Assembly: GCA_050084985.1 (NCBI GenBank)
Contig: JBITNC010000001.1
Coordinates: 199,144,001 to 199,208,000 of the forward strand
Reading direction: 5' to 3'
From: Nageia nagi
Lineage: Eukaryota > Plantae > Pinophyta
Length of the DNA stretch: 64,000 bases
Positions 14,001 to 24,526 of the stretch are shown here, piece by piece. The notes under the pieces are model-generated. The model did no database searches. It was given only the letters and a program-made list of their open reading frames with translations, and had not been told where the DNA came from. Position 1 is the first letter of the stretch, and the number at the start of each line of letters is the position of its first letter. Made by a program: the position numbers and the translations under genes.

Positions 14001-17000
14001 AGGTTAAGAGCCAATTCACAGGTCACCATACCCTCGAGCCATGGGTATGTTATTCCCATAATATCCCCTTAATTGACCCTGGCTTAAGGACAGAACAAGC
14101 AGTATGCTACTAGTAACATCCTTGGATAAACCATTGAAACAACTGTCACAGGTATGAGGAATGAAATCCTAGACCTCAAAAGAGCAGGCCTGATCTCTCA
14201 GCCATTCAAACACTTGCAGAAAAAGATAAATCTCTCACAAGGTTTGAATTGGAGTGGTATGCGCATGATTCAAAACCCTAGCACATCCTCATCCAGTTTT
14301 GATAAATATGGACCGAGTGGCTCATCGGAGTCCGATGAAGAAATGGATCTCGCTGCAATCATCAACATCGACATGGAGATAAACTAAGATATTGCCTTTG
14401 ACAGGGTTGAAACTGATCATTCAGTAGAGATCCTTAACGAGGACAATCCCTCAGTTGATATGATTGTACAACAAGCAGTAGGAGAAGGTACCCCAAAATC
14501 CACTCCTTGGAAATAGGCGTCATAAACGCCACCATCTCGGAGGACTACAACAACATTAGCACAGAAGGGTACTTCAAGACCCAGGACAATGGCATCACAT
14601 TCAGGGGGAGATGGTGGAAATCAAGAGGATGAGGGAGAAAATGCAGAACAAAGGAGAAAAAGAAGATAAGTAAAGCATGAAGTCGAGATCATCGATGACA
14701 GAGAGATGGTTCCCTATAGAAAACAACCCATGGAACCCCGCTTCGATATGGCTGTAGTGATGTCTAATTTTAGTTCAAATCACCCCTGCGAAGGAGAAGA
14801 TTCCAAAGATGAAAATGAAGAACTTCAGCAGCTTGATACTCTCACCACCATTGTAGGTAAAGTCACCTACAAGGACAAGCTCTACCCCAGAAAGAACAAG
14901 GTTGGTACCGGAAAGTTTTCCCTCATAGTTGAAACAGAAGAGGCCCCTGCAGAGATTGTTGGTCCATTGGGAATGGAGCACATCATCACAAATGCATGGG
15001 CATTGAGGGAATCCAATACTTTATTAAAGCTAGAGATTTGGGAGCTAAAGAAGGAAGTGGTGAGTCAAGAAATGATCGACAAAGAAGTCAAGGTCAAGGT
15101 TGCTAATTTGACAGTTGAAGACATCAAAAAGTAGGTTGACTTAAATACTGGAATCACTGCTCTGAAACAAGGATGGACCAAGGACCTTATCGAGGCTATC
15201 AAAGCACTCCACTTAAGCATGGTAAATTTTTATATTGAGGAGGAGGGGTCACATTCTCAGGCAGAGAAAATAGACCAGTTAATCATCAGGTGGAAGAGTG
15301 GGTACCCTACAATGTTCGACCTATGGAGAAGGGAAACCCACCATCCTTTCATGCTAGATTTTTTGTATAGATTGTTTCCAATTGTAAGATTATCTGTTCT
15401 ACATCAAAGCCAAGTCCACCGACTTCATATACACCAGAGCTCAACTTAAAACCGTCATCAATGATCAGGCAAGGAAATACTAATTCCAGGTACCCTTGTT
15501 TGAAGAAAACGACAGCATTAAGAAGTATATGATAGCGATGACAATGATCCATGCCACTATTGCAGAACAACTGTGTCCCAAGGATCCGCATAGCCTGAAA
15601 ACAGGAAAACATATGATAGGAGGGATGAGATTGGCCGATTGGTGCAAGGAAATGGTCAAAACCAATAAGGCCATCTTGGAACACCTGCTATCAAATGAAG
15701 AAGCCCTCCAGACAATCCACCGCGCCATCAGGAATGTATAAGTGTTCATGGGAGATAATTTTGAAGCCAAAATCTCCACGAACATGCAAGTCATCTTCTC
15801 ACAATTGCTAGAATAGAAAGAGGTCTATTTGGGCAAATTTTTGATATATAAGCCAAATGTTTGGCCAACTTAGTGGATTTTCGCTAAGTTCAATTGTAAT
15901 CTTAATTAGTATTTTCAATTAGCTTGTAAATAATTGTTAGTGTTACAATTAGGGTTAGGGTTTTGAAACTCATTTCTAAGGTTTCAAAAGTCACTTTAAG
16001 GGTTTCCAAAAACTCTATAAGAGACCAAGGGTCTCATTTTTTTAAGGACTTCATTCTGAAGCAAACACTTCTTTTCTTGAAGAGAGCTATCTTGAGAATT
16101 GAGAGCTTATTTTAAATCTTGGCACCTTTTTTTTTCAAAATCTAACAAAGTGGTTAATGCAAAGACTTGAGTTAGACACTTTTCATATTGATGTTATGGA
16201 TTGATTCTTTGAAGGCACTCATATTGGGTCTGTGTACTTTCATTTTATTCCTTTGAAAGCTTTTGAGCTTTAGGGAAGTTATCTCTGAAAAACTTTAAAA
16301 AGTATATGAAGCTTACCTATGTTTGTTGCTTGGTCCTTAACATGCGAGTTGATTGGGTATTCTATGTCAGTTTCTACTTCTATGACATGTTTTTAGGTCT
16401 TTCATCCAAAACCATGATCCTCCCACTTTGAGAATTTCTCGTTTTCCATTCAATTGCATCGGTCCTATTCGTAGAGAACTGACAATTGGCAATCCTCCCT
16501 GCTTCCCTTTGAAGCAATTCGAACGCTAAGTTGTTTGCTTGCAAGGTTGGATGAATTGGATGAAGAGCTCTTAACCGATTTAGAAGAGATAAACTCTTGG
16601 ACACTTTTCCGTCAGTGAACCTCAAACCCATATTCGACCAAGTATCCTTTCTTTCTCCAAGGTGTTGCCCTTCACCTTTTATAGTATTGCCTTTACGCTT
16701 TCTTTATGCTTTCATACCCAAATGTGATTGTTAAGTACACACACAAAAGTTCCGAACAAACTCTATACATCAAAGATTAAAACATCATTGGTTAACGGAC
16801 TACATACCTCTCATTTCATTTCATTGAGGCTGATTCCAAAGAGGGATACCGCACTTTTATTCATCTATCCCTTTTCGAAAATACATTTGGTGGACATACC
16901 TTACAACATCACAACGTTGGGGTCGTTGGGCAGGGTGTTTCAACAAGAGCCTTGGAGGTACACAGTCCTTTTCAATCGGGAGAATTGGTAATGCATTCCC

Positions 17001-17079
17001 AACTATGTTGCTTGGGGTCTCCCAAGTTTCGTGCGCGATATTTAGAGTGTCCCATGCGGGAAAGAAAAGCATCCTAACA
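11060..17079 (+). mobile_element. Giant-LTR family copy A (5'-truncated), retaining the internal gene
   Basis: Colinear with 51481-55203 on both sides of the ORF. Ends GAAAAGCATCCTAACA. ~363-bp repeats at 11250-12400. CTCTATAAGAGACC at ~16013. Confidence 0.85.
12617..15741 (+). pseudogene. ~1040-codon uncharacterised protein inside the giant LTR, with stops and frameshifts
   Basis: Chain of same-strand ORFs (12572, 12995, 13384, 14154, 14706, 15219, 15496). Motifs IGDTD...ASMAPFATPF, WSKVISDCLAQQL...FYINSYLVYLL, FTYLRGYG...PYKLP. Homologous peptides at 19775-20307 (-) and 53801-53938 (+). Confidence 0.75.
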
Positions 17080-17410
17080 GAACCTTGTCTCCCTCCACAT
17101 TTGCGACCAATTGACTTGGGGGAGACTTGAAGTGAGACAAGAACCTTGTCTCCTTTCATAGTTGCACCCAACTAACTTGGGGGAGATCCGAAGTTAGACA
17201 CGAACCTTATCTCCCTTCACCTTTGTGACCAACTGACTTGGGGAAGGTCCGAAGTGAGACAAGAACCTTGATTCCCTCCACATTTGCGACCAACTAACTT
17301 GGGGAAGATTCGAAGTGAGACATGAACCTTGTCTCCCTCCACATTTGTGACCAACTGACTTGGGGGAGATCCGAAGTGAGTCAAGAGCCTTGTCTTCCCT
17401 CACATTTGTG
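17080..17410. repeat. 61-bp tandem repeat, ~5.4 copies
   Basis: Unit GAACCTTGTCTCCCTCCACATTTGCGACCAACTGACTTGGGGGAGATCCGAAGTGAGACAA at 17080, 17141, 17202, 17263, 17324 and 17385. Confidence 0.9.
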
Positions 17411-18267
17411 CCTAGGCTTTGAGATGTTGCCACATGTGGTACTTAGCCATTTTTTCTTCCTTGGTCATTTGTATTGGTCATTTGAGGTCTCTGGGAGGCT
17501 AGCGCAAATCTTGGAGGGGACTTGGATGTTGACTCTTTGAGAGGATGCTCCTGAATGGAATTGGCCAAGCTTTTTCCTTGTTGTTTGAAATTGTCTTCTA
17601 AGGCTCTTACAAGGCTGGTGCAAGTCCAAGGAGAGTCAAGAAAATTGTTCTAGGTCACACTTCCGCTAGGAAGGTATGCGTGATTCGGATGAACATCGTG
17701 GAGAACACAAGATGTTTGTCTCCTGTCTAACTTGCATTGGGGTATAGGAGGGATTTTTGTGCCTGGTACTTAGTCAATTTTCACCTTTTTCACTGATATT
17801 AAGTCTCTAGGATGCTGGCGCAAGTCTTGGAGTAGTCAAAGCGAATGACCTATCTTGCTTTGCATCAACAGGGGAAAGAGACAAGCCGAGCGCAAGTGTC
17901 CTTGGGGTCAAGGATTTTGTCTCCCTTTCGACTTGTGCCAAGGCAAAAGGTGTTCCAAACTTAGTCAAATTTGGCCTTGGTTGCTTGAAATGATCATGTG
18001 GAGCTCTCAAAAGTGTGGTGCAAGTCTAGGGAGAGACAAAGAGGTTATCTCCTTGAGGATATGTGCTCAAGGAGGACTTAGTCAAAACCTTGCTTTTTTA
18101 CTACCAAAAATTCAATTTTGCTCATTTCCACCAATTCTAATCTCCAAAGCCTCCTGATGTCAAGACACCATCAATTTGGTCACTCCTCCTAGGTGACTCC
18201 TTTTTGCCAAAATTTGTGGGTCCCCAAATTTGCTAAAAATTTGGGGCATGTTGTGGAAGCCACAACA
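17080..18267 (-). mobile_element. 5' fragment of a related giant-LTR unit
   Basis: Minus strand starts TGTTGTGGCTTCCACAACATGCCCCAAA, like 59625, 50273 and 36711. Interrupts the start of the LTR at 18268. Confidence 0.65.
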
Positions 18268-18633
18268 TATTCCATCAGATTCCTCCTTTGTACATATTTA
18301 ATTATTAATTATGTTTTATTAGCTAGGACTTGGGATAGAAGACTTAATGGGTCATTGGACCGCACTGTGAGCCCCAAGTGGGATGTTTCCCTCCCAAGTG
18401 TAGATTAGAGTGTTCTAATGTAGTTGGAGATCTCGAAACATGATTGTGGGAATTACAAGGTCTAATTAGCACTTGAGGATGGATGAGCACTTAAAGGCCC
18501 CAACGCTGAAATTGGGAGCACTTGTACACAGGCACCAGCCTTGGGGGAGACTTCTAGACCTCCACGTTGGCCCATGACACCCACGTTGCCCCCTAGATTC
18601 CCACGCATGCTTCCTTGGTCCAGGTATGCATTT
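18268..18633 (+). mobile_element. Left part of split 3' LTR of element 4583-37468
   Basis: Matches ~4620-4984 and resumes at 36712. Confidence 0.85.
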
Positions 18634-19774
18634 TGTTGGGATGGAAACCTTTCCTACCAGCCTAGGATCACCTGCACACGATCGGGATGGGGAAAGCATC
18701 TAGCATTTAGGTGAGTGTAACTTACCTCCTCTTGAAAGGATTGAAACCCCAACGTTTGTTCGTGTTCTTGTTGAAGTTGCACAATTTTATATATACGATG
18801 ATTAGGGGAATGAACTAAATTGGTTTGAATAGAGGTAGAGGCTGTTAACTCACGTTTTTTTTTATAGGGACAAGGTGTTTTTGCGATGATTGAAAGTTGC
18901 TCTGGTTTTATAACAAAAAGAATGCAGGAAAGATAAAATAAGCAAATAAAAAACAAGAAAAAGGGTGAGAATGATCCAATACTGGTTAAGTCACAAGGCG
19001 ATTGTCACAACAAAGCGTTGTCTAAAATGAGACGTTTTCTAATTAGTTATGAAGTTTTAGTTCATTCAATTTAGTTCAAGGTGAATGACTATTGTCCAAT
19101 CAGCTTTGAATCTAGAGCGAGAAGCAGAGCCGATTGTTGGTACTCTGCGGATGGGACCAATGCAATTAAAGGAAACAGCGTAGAGTGCACTTTGGAACCA
19201 AGTTTGAACAAAAACTTCAAATAAGATGTAGAAAAGAAACAAATTCAGAATACATTTTGTTTAAATATGCAAGAGGCAAAAGATAGCAAACTTAGAGCAA
19301 TTCAAGATATTTTTTAAATTTTGAACAACTATTTTCTCCTAAAACTCTTGAATTTTCAAGGAAAGAAACGAAAATATTTGAATTGTGAAACAGAGCCACA
19401 AATGAAACCCATTCACCACTCCACGCATGACAATTCTCTTGAGGAAATATGTAACCACTTTGTATTAGATTTGTAAAAGAGTTAACAAAAAAGTTTCCAC
19501 AATTTTCTCCTTTTACAAAAACTTTGAACTTTTTCTCAAAATTTTCACTCTTTGAAAAAGTTCCAAACTTTCATTCTACCTAAAAGTGACCACATGGGGT
19601 CTATTTATGGAATTTCTAGGGTTTCAAGTGGTGCCCTAATTCTATAAAAAAAATAGTACATAGTTGCTTGCTACGACTAAGTCAACTGACTTTTGGTGCT
19701 TTACTTGCCAGGCTAACTGATCAGGAGAGCAGGGTTAGTCGAGTTTGAGTGCTCAACTTTCCCGGCTAACTGAT

Positions 19775-20307
19775 TTACAAAATTTTCAAAATTTTGAAGA
19801 TGACAAAAATTATTGTGGCTAACTTGTAGTTTACACGTGTGATGTCCTCGAAGTTGGTGCCACAGATTTCTCTTGCCTTTGCTGATATGATGTATGAAGT
19901 TGACAAACTCCTTTCTGAATGTTTGGTCATTTTCTTGATGAAGTCTATCATGGTGAATGTGATGGCCTTGTTGCTCCATGCGAATGTGTTCTCTATTCCC
20001 TCCACTGTGAAGTCTATTACTTGGATGTCATCAGTGTCATAGAGGATTCTTTGAATTTCTCCTTTGTGTTGCAGTATCTGACTACTTCGAGGTAGAACTC
20101 TGCGAATGGAGTGGTGTACGGGATCATGGAGGCCTTGACAACTCTGGACTGAGTGAGAATTTCGTTGAGCAGTTGTCCAGGTGGGATTTGAGCCATTTTC
20201 TTTAATGTCTTGACTGGGTCATTGTGTGCCCAATCTGTATCTTTGATTTGATTGAGGCCATCGACAAGCATGGCCATGGGGAAAGAAGTCTTGCCCCCTT
20301 TTCTCAA
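19775..20307 (-). pseudogene. N-terminal remnant of the giant-LTR protein
   Basis: MAMLVDGLNQIKDTDWAHNDPVKTLKKM...ASMIPYTTPF...EGIENTFAW aligns with VARIIDQLSEIGDTDCNSLNPIKTLMKI...ASMAPFATPF...EGIESMFTW of 12617. Confidence 0.75.
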
Positions 20308-21229
20308 TGGTGATCAGGCTATCCTTCATGATTTTCTTTATCTGGAGTCCCTTGTTCCTCTTAGCAATGCTCATTCTATGAAGCCTGTGGAGCACAAAAA
20401 GTTGTTAGGTGAGATATTGAGTGTATCTGGAGCAATTTTGGAACAAAAATGGAATATTCAATTTTGGCCTATTTTTGGGTTTTTGAGAGGCTGTGTGGAT
20501 TTTCGGGATTTTTGAAGCTTTTCGGAATTGGGAAACAAGTACATGGGGTGTTGGCAAATAAATCTAGGAGGCTTGTGATCAAGTCTCAAAGAAAAATATT
20601 GAGTTTTCGGGGTCCGAATTAACTTGCTGTTTTTTTAGCCCATGTATTCATTTTTTGACAGGTTTTGGCAGCTTCGAAGCTTGGGAAGATGGGGATGCAA
20701 AATGGGTTTTCAAGCTTCGTTTTTGAGAGATGAATGGCGGCTGCTTTCCTATATGAGGTCTATCACTTTGGTATTCACTTTGAAATTTGGATCACTCAAA
20801 ATATTGGATTTTTTAGCCTTGAAAAAGTGTTTTTTTGTGTTTTTTTACTTTTTTCCAAAAAGCTTGAAAATGGTGGAAATGGCCAAAAGATAGGGGGGGT
20901 TTGAAATTTCGAAAATTTTTAAAAAGTGGATTTGACATAATGGGTGGATAGAGGATGGAATTCTAAGATCCTTGAAAAATTTTGACAATGTTTTGGCTTA
21001 TTTTGGATCTTGTGAGCAATTTGAAGTTTTGACCAATTTTGTGAGGTTCTGTGAGGATTTTGCTAAAAAATGGGTGCATGGAGGCTCAAGGAGAGTGTTT
21101 GCGAAGCAAATGAGAGGCTTAGGGGGGTATTTATAGGGTTTTTGTGCCATTTGCATGCTCTTTAATGGGTTTTTGACCTAAAAAGTGCTCTATGGGTGCA
21201 TTTTGCACATTTCTTAAGATTTTTGAGCC

Positions 21230-22760
21230 TTCAAACACTCCATAGGCTTGAAATTCAGCGCCTAGCTTTTGGAGGCACTTTTTTTGGTCAAAATGGAAAA
21301 CTTCAAAGTTTAAATGTGATTCAAATCACTTCCTTCATCCATCATGTGTCCAAAATCGAATTTTGATGAATTTTGGGGCTTCCCTTGCATTTAGGTGCCA
21401 TTTTTTTATTTTTTGAAGTTTCCAATGACTTGCAAACCTGCACCTGATCTTTGGGGCATTTCTAGTGCTCAATTTCAAAAATTTGCTGACGTAAACTTGC
21501 TTAGAATGCCCTTTTCCATGCAACATATGAAAAAGTGAAGTTTTTGCAAAATTTTTGATTCCTCCTCATGCTAGGCATCATTTTTCAATTCATTTGAATT
21601 GGAAAAATTAAAAAACCAGGCGCCTAGGATTTTGGGCCACTTCTTTTGCTCAAAATTCAAATTTTGCAAGTTTAAACGTGTCTAGAATGGTGTTTTTGAC
21701 CCAATGGACCCTTCACACTTGAGTTTGGAGCAAAATTTGCAAAATATTTCCATCCTAGGTGCTAGATTTCACTCTATTGGATTCCTAAGGGTATGAAAAC
21801 CTGCGCCTAACCTTTAGGTGCCTTTCCATTTCTCAAAATTGGAATTTTGTAGTTGTAAATGTGCTCAAAATGGGTTTTTCCACCTAACGGACACCTTAGG
21901 ATAAATTTTTGATGCATTTTTCACTTATCCCTCCAAGTTAGGTGTCATTTTTCATCCCTATGGAATTAGAAACATTCGCAAACCTGTGCCTAGCCTTTGG
22001 AGGGTCAAAACTTGCTCAAAATTGAATTTTTCATGACCTAAATGTGCTAGAAATCGCATTTTACACTCAATGAGCCCTTCAAACTTGAGTTTTGACCAAC
22101 TTTTATCAAATTTTTTGTTTTAGGCATCATTTTTAATCCCATTAGATTTCCATAGTTCTCAAAAACTGCGCCTAGCCTCTAGGGTGCCCAAATGTGCTCA
22201 AAATTGAAAAATTTGAGACCTAAATGTGCTTACAATGATGTTTTCCTTGGTCATAAGCATTTAAACTTGATTTTTGGTCAAAAAACATTCTATCTTGTCA
22301 ATGTAGGCCCCATTTTTCACTCCAATGGATTTGGAAACATCTAGAAACTTGCGCCTAGCATTTTGGAGGACTTTACTTGCTCAAAACCAAAATTTCAAGA
22401 CCTAATATAGCTTAGAAAGATCATTTCTACTTATTCATGCATTTAGATTTCATTTTTGAAGCATTTCCACTTTTCCTTTACTATCTAGGTTCCAAAATGC
22501 ATCTCTATGGATTTTCCATAGGCTTGAAAAACTGTGCCTAGGCTTAGAGTGCCTTAGACTTGTTCAAAATAAAAAATTTCGAGTCTTAAACATGATAGAA
22601 TTAATTTTATCTCTCCAAATATGCTTTTAGACTCAAATTCCAACGCCATTTGTATTTATCTCTAAGAAACTTGCACCATTTTTCCCTTACTTGGATCTTC
22701 AATACCTTGGGAAAATGTGCCAGGGGCTACGGCTACTCAAACTTGCATTTTCGACCATTC
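21230..22760 (-). repeat. ~183-bp tandem repeat, ~8-9 copies
   Basis: GCTCAAAATT-like motif at ~21468, 21648, 21831, 22014, 22196, 22379, 22562 and 22735, with AAACCTGCGCCTAG in most units. Confidence 0.85.
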
Positions 22761-22804
22761 CAGACTCAATCTTTGTATTTTCGGCCACTCTCACTGTTTC
22801 CAAG

Positions 22805-24471
22805 TGATGAGTTAAATAATGACACTCCAAATTCCCCCAGGGCTGTCACTACCCTCCCCTTAGTGATCCTCACACCTGTTATTGTGAAGGGACTAGTTAA
22901 CTCAAAGAGCTGGTACACCAACACTCAGGAAAGCTTTTAGTTGCCTCTCACTAAGTTTGGAATATCAACATTTATCCCCTTCATTACTTTTATCAAATCC
23001 GGGAGGTGTTCAAGGCTGTATGCTATTGAGCTCTGCTCTCTAAGCTGTATCTACTTCAAGCAAAGTGGCAGAAAGCAAATGTGCAGAACTGAACGTTGCA
23101 GAATTGAAAGTACAGGAATCTGAAATACTAAAAGAGAGACAAACTGGAAAATACTGAACTTAAAGCAAACTCACATTTAAACTTGGAAAGTACAGAAAGA
23201 TAAAAGAGTCTTTTACCATTTGGAGTGGGTCCTTGCTCCTCTTGGTGGAAGACTTACAGAACTCAGAACTGGAAACTCTTTAACAAATCACTTTATTGTT
23301 GCATGCAATTCGTCTTACACATAATGTGCTTGACAAATCTAATACAGAGCTTCAACACAATAATCTATTCACACAATACTTTCTTAATTTTCTAACCCCT
23401 CCTACCGTCAACAATTGAGGTATAAATATCCTCCATTGTTTAACAATAGGTAGGTCAAGAATAACCATAATCTGAACAGTATTCTGTTATGGAAAACAGA
23501 ATCATTTATTCTACTAACTGGCTAATACTAAAATTATCATACTAGTAGTATCCATGCCCTATCTAAAGAGAGCTGCAATCCCTTAGAAAAAGGGATAGCT
23601 CATCTCAACAGGTCAGCACTATCCTATTTACATTCATAGGTAGTTTTTTATGCTTAAATTGGAGTCAAACATACTCCAAAAACAAGAATCATATCTGACT
23701 ATATCTGATGTGTTGAAACCATGCTTCTACAGACTATATCTGGAGCAGTTCATATCTCCTAAATATCTGGATCATACAAGGTTAGAATAGAGCTAACAAT
23801 ATAGTCAAGAATGACAGTCAACTCCTCAGATCTAGGCCTGGAGTGGAAGCTTCGGACGAGTTTGAAGCAGGAGCTCCGGATGAGTCCAACAGAGGCTCTA
23901 GACAAGCTTGAAATAGAAGCTCCGGACAAGCTTGAAATAGAAGCTCCGGACAAGCTTGAAATAGAAGCTCCAGACGAGTCTAGAGCAGGCGCTCCGGACA
24001 AGTCTGGGAGATAGAGACCTTTGACACGTCTGAGTTGAAGACCTTGGGTGAGTTGAGAAGGGCTCTAGACAAGTCTGGAGGAGAGCTCCAAACAAGTCTA
24101 GCTCTTCTTTATTAAAATGAGGCGCCAACTATGTTTGGAATGGAGCTTTGGACGATGCAGACCTTTGTAAAAATCTATTTGGAGCGGAGCTCCGAACAAT
24201 GTAGAATTTGTTCAAAGGCATCTTCACAAGACTTGCAACCCATCCAAATTACCGACCATCATTCTATGTAGCAAAAAGAAGCATTTTGGTTCAAAACAAA
24301 CACAAAAGTATAATTAGTATGCACAAAATACTAATAAGGAAGGTATGCATTTAACCATATATTAAGCAACTAGATAGTTCAACCATTACAAATAATCCGT
24401 CCCATAATGTCCAAATATACAAAATGAACCATTGAACCGTGCCAAAACCAGGTAATTTCTGAGACTCATCA
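22805..24471 (-). mobile_element. Athila 3' LTR (1667 bp)
   Basis: Direct repeat of 34119-35811. PPT AGGGAGAG (minus) at 24472-24479. Confidence 0.97.
23847..24005. repeat. 24-bp tandem repeat in LTR U3
   Basis: AAGCTCCGGACAAGCTTGAAATAG-type units. The other LTR has one extra unit. Confidence 0.9.
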
Positions 24472-24526
24472 CTCTCCCTAGCTGAAAACATTGCTACCCC
24501 TGGAGCAATAAAAGAAGGAGACAGTT

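Noticed and set aside
17080-17410. CRISPR-like array
   Set aside because: Whole 61-bp units repeat with no unique spacers, there are no cas genes, and the context is a plant TE.
23759-24128. Repeat peptides in the Athila LTRs (PDKLEIEA / SSLSGASI)
   Set aside because: By-product of the 24-bp repeat. The frames differ between the two LTRs because of a 2-bp indel.
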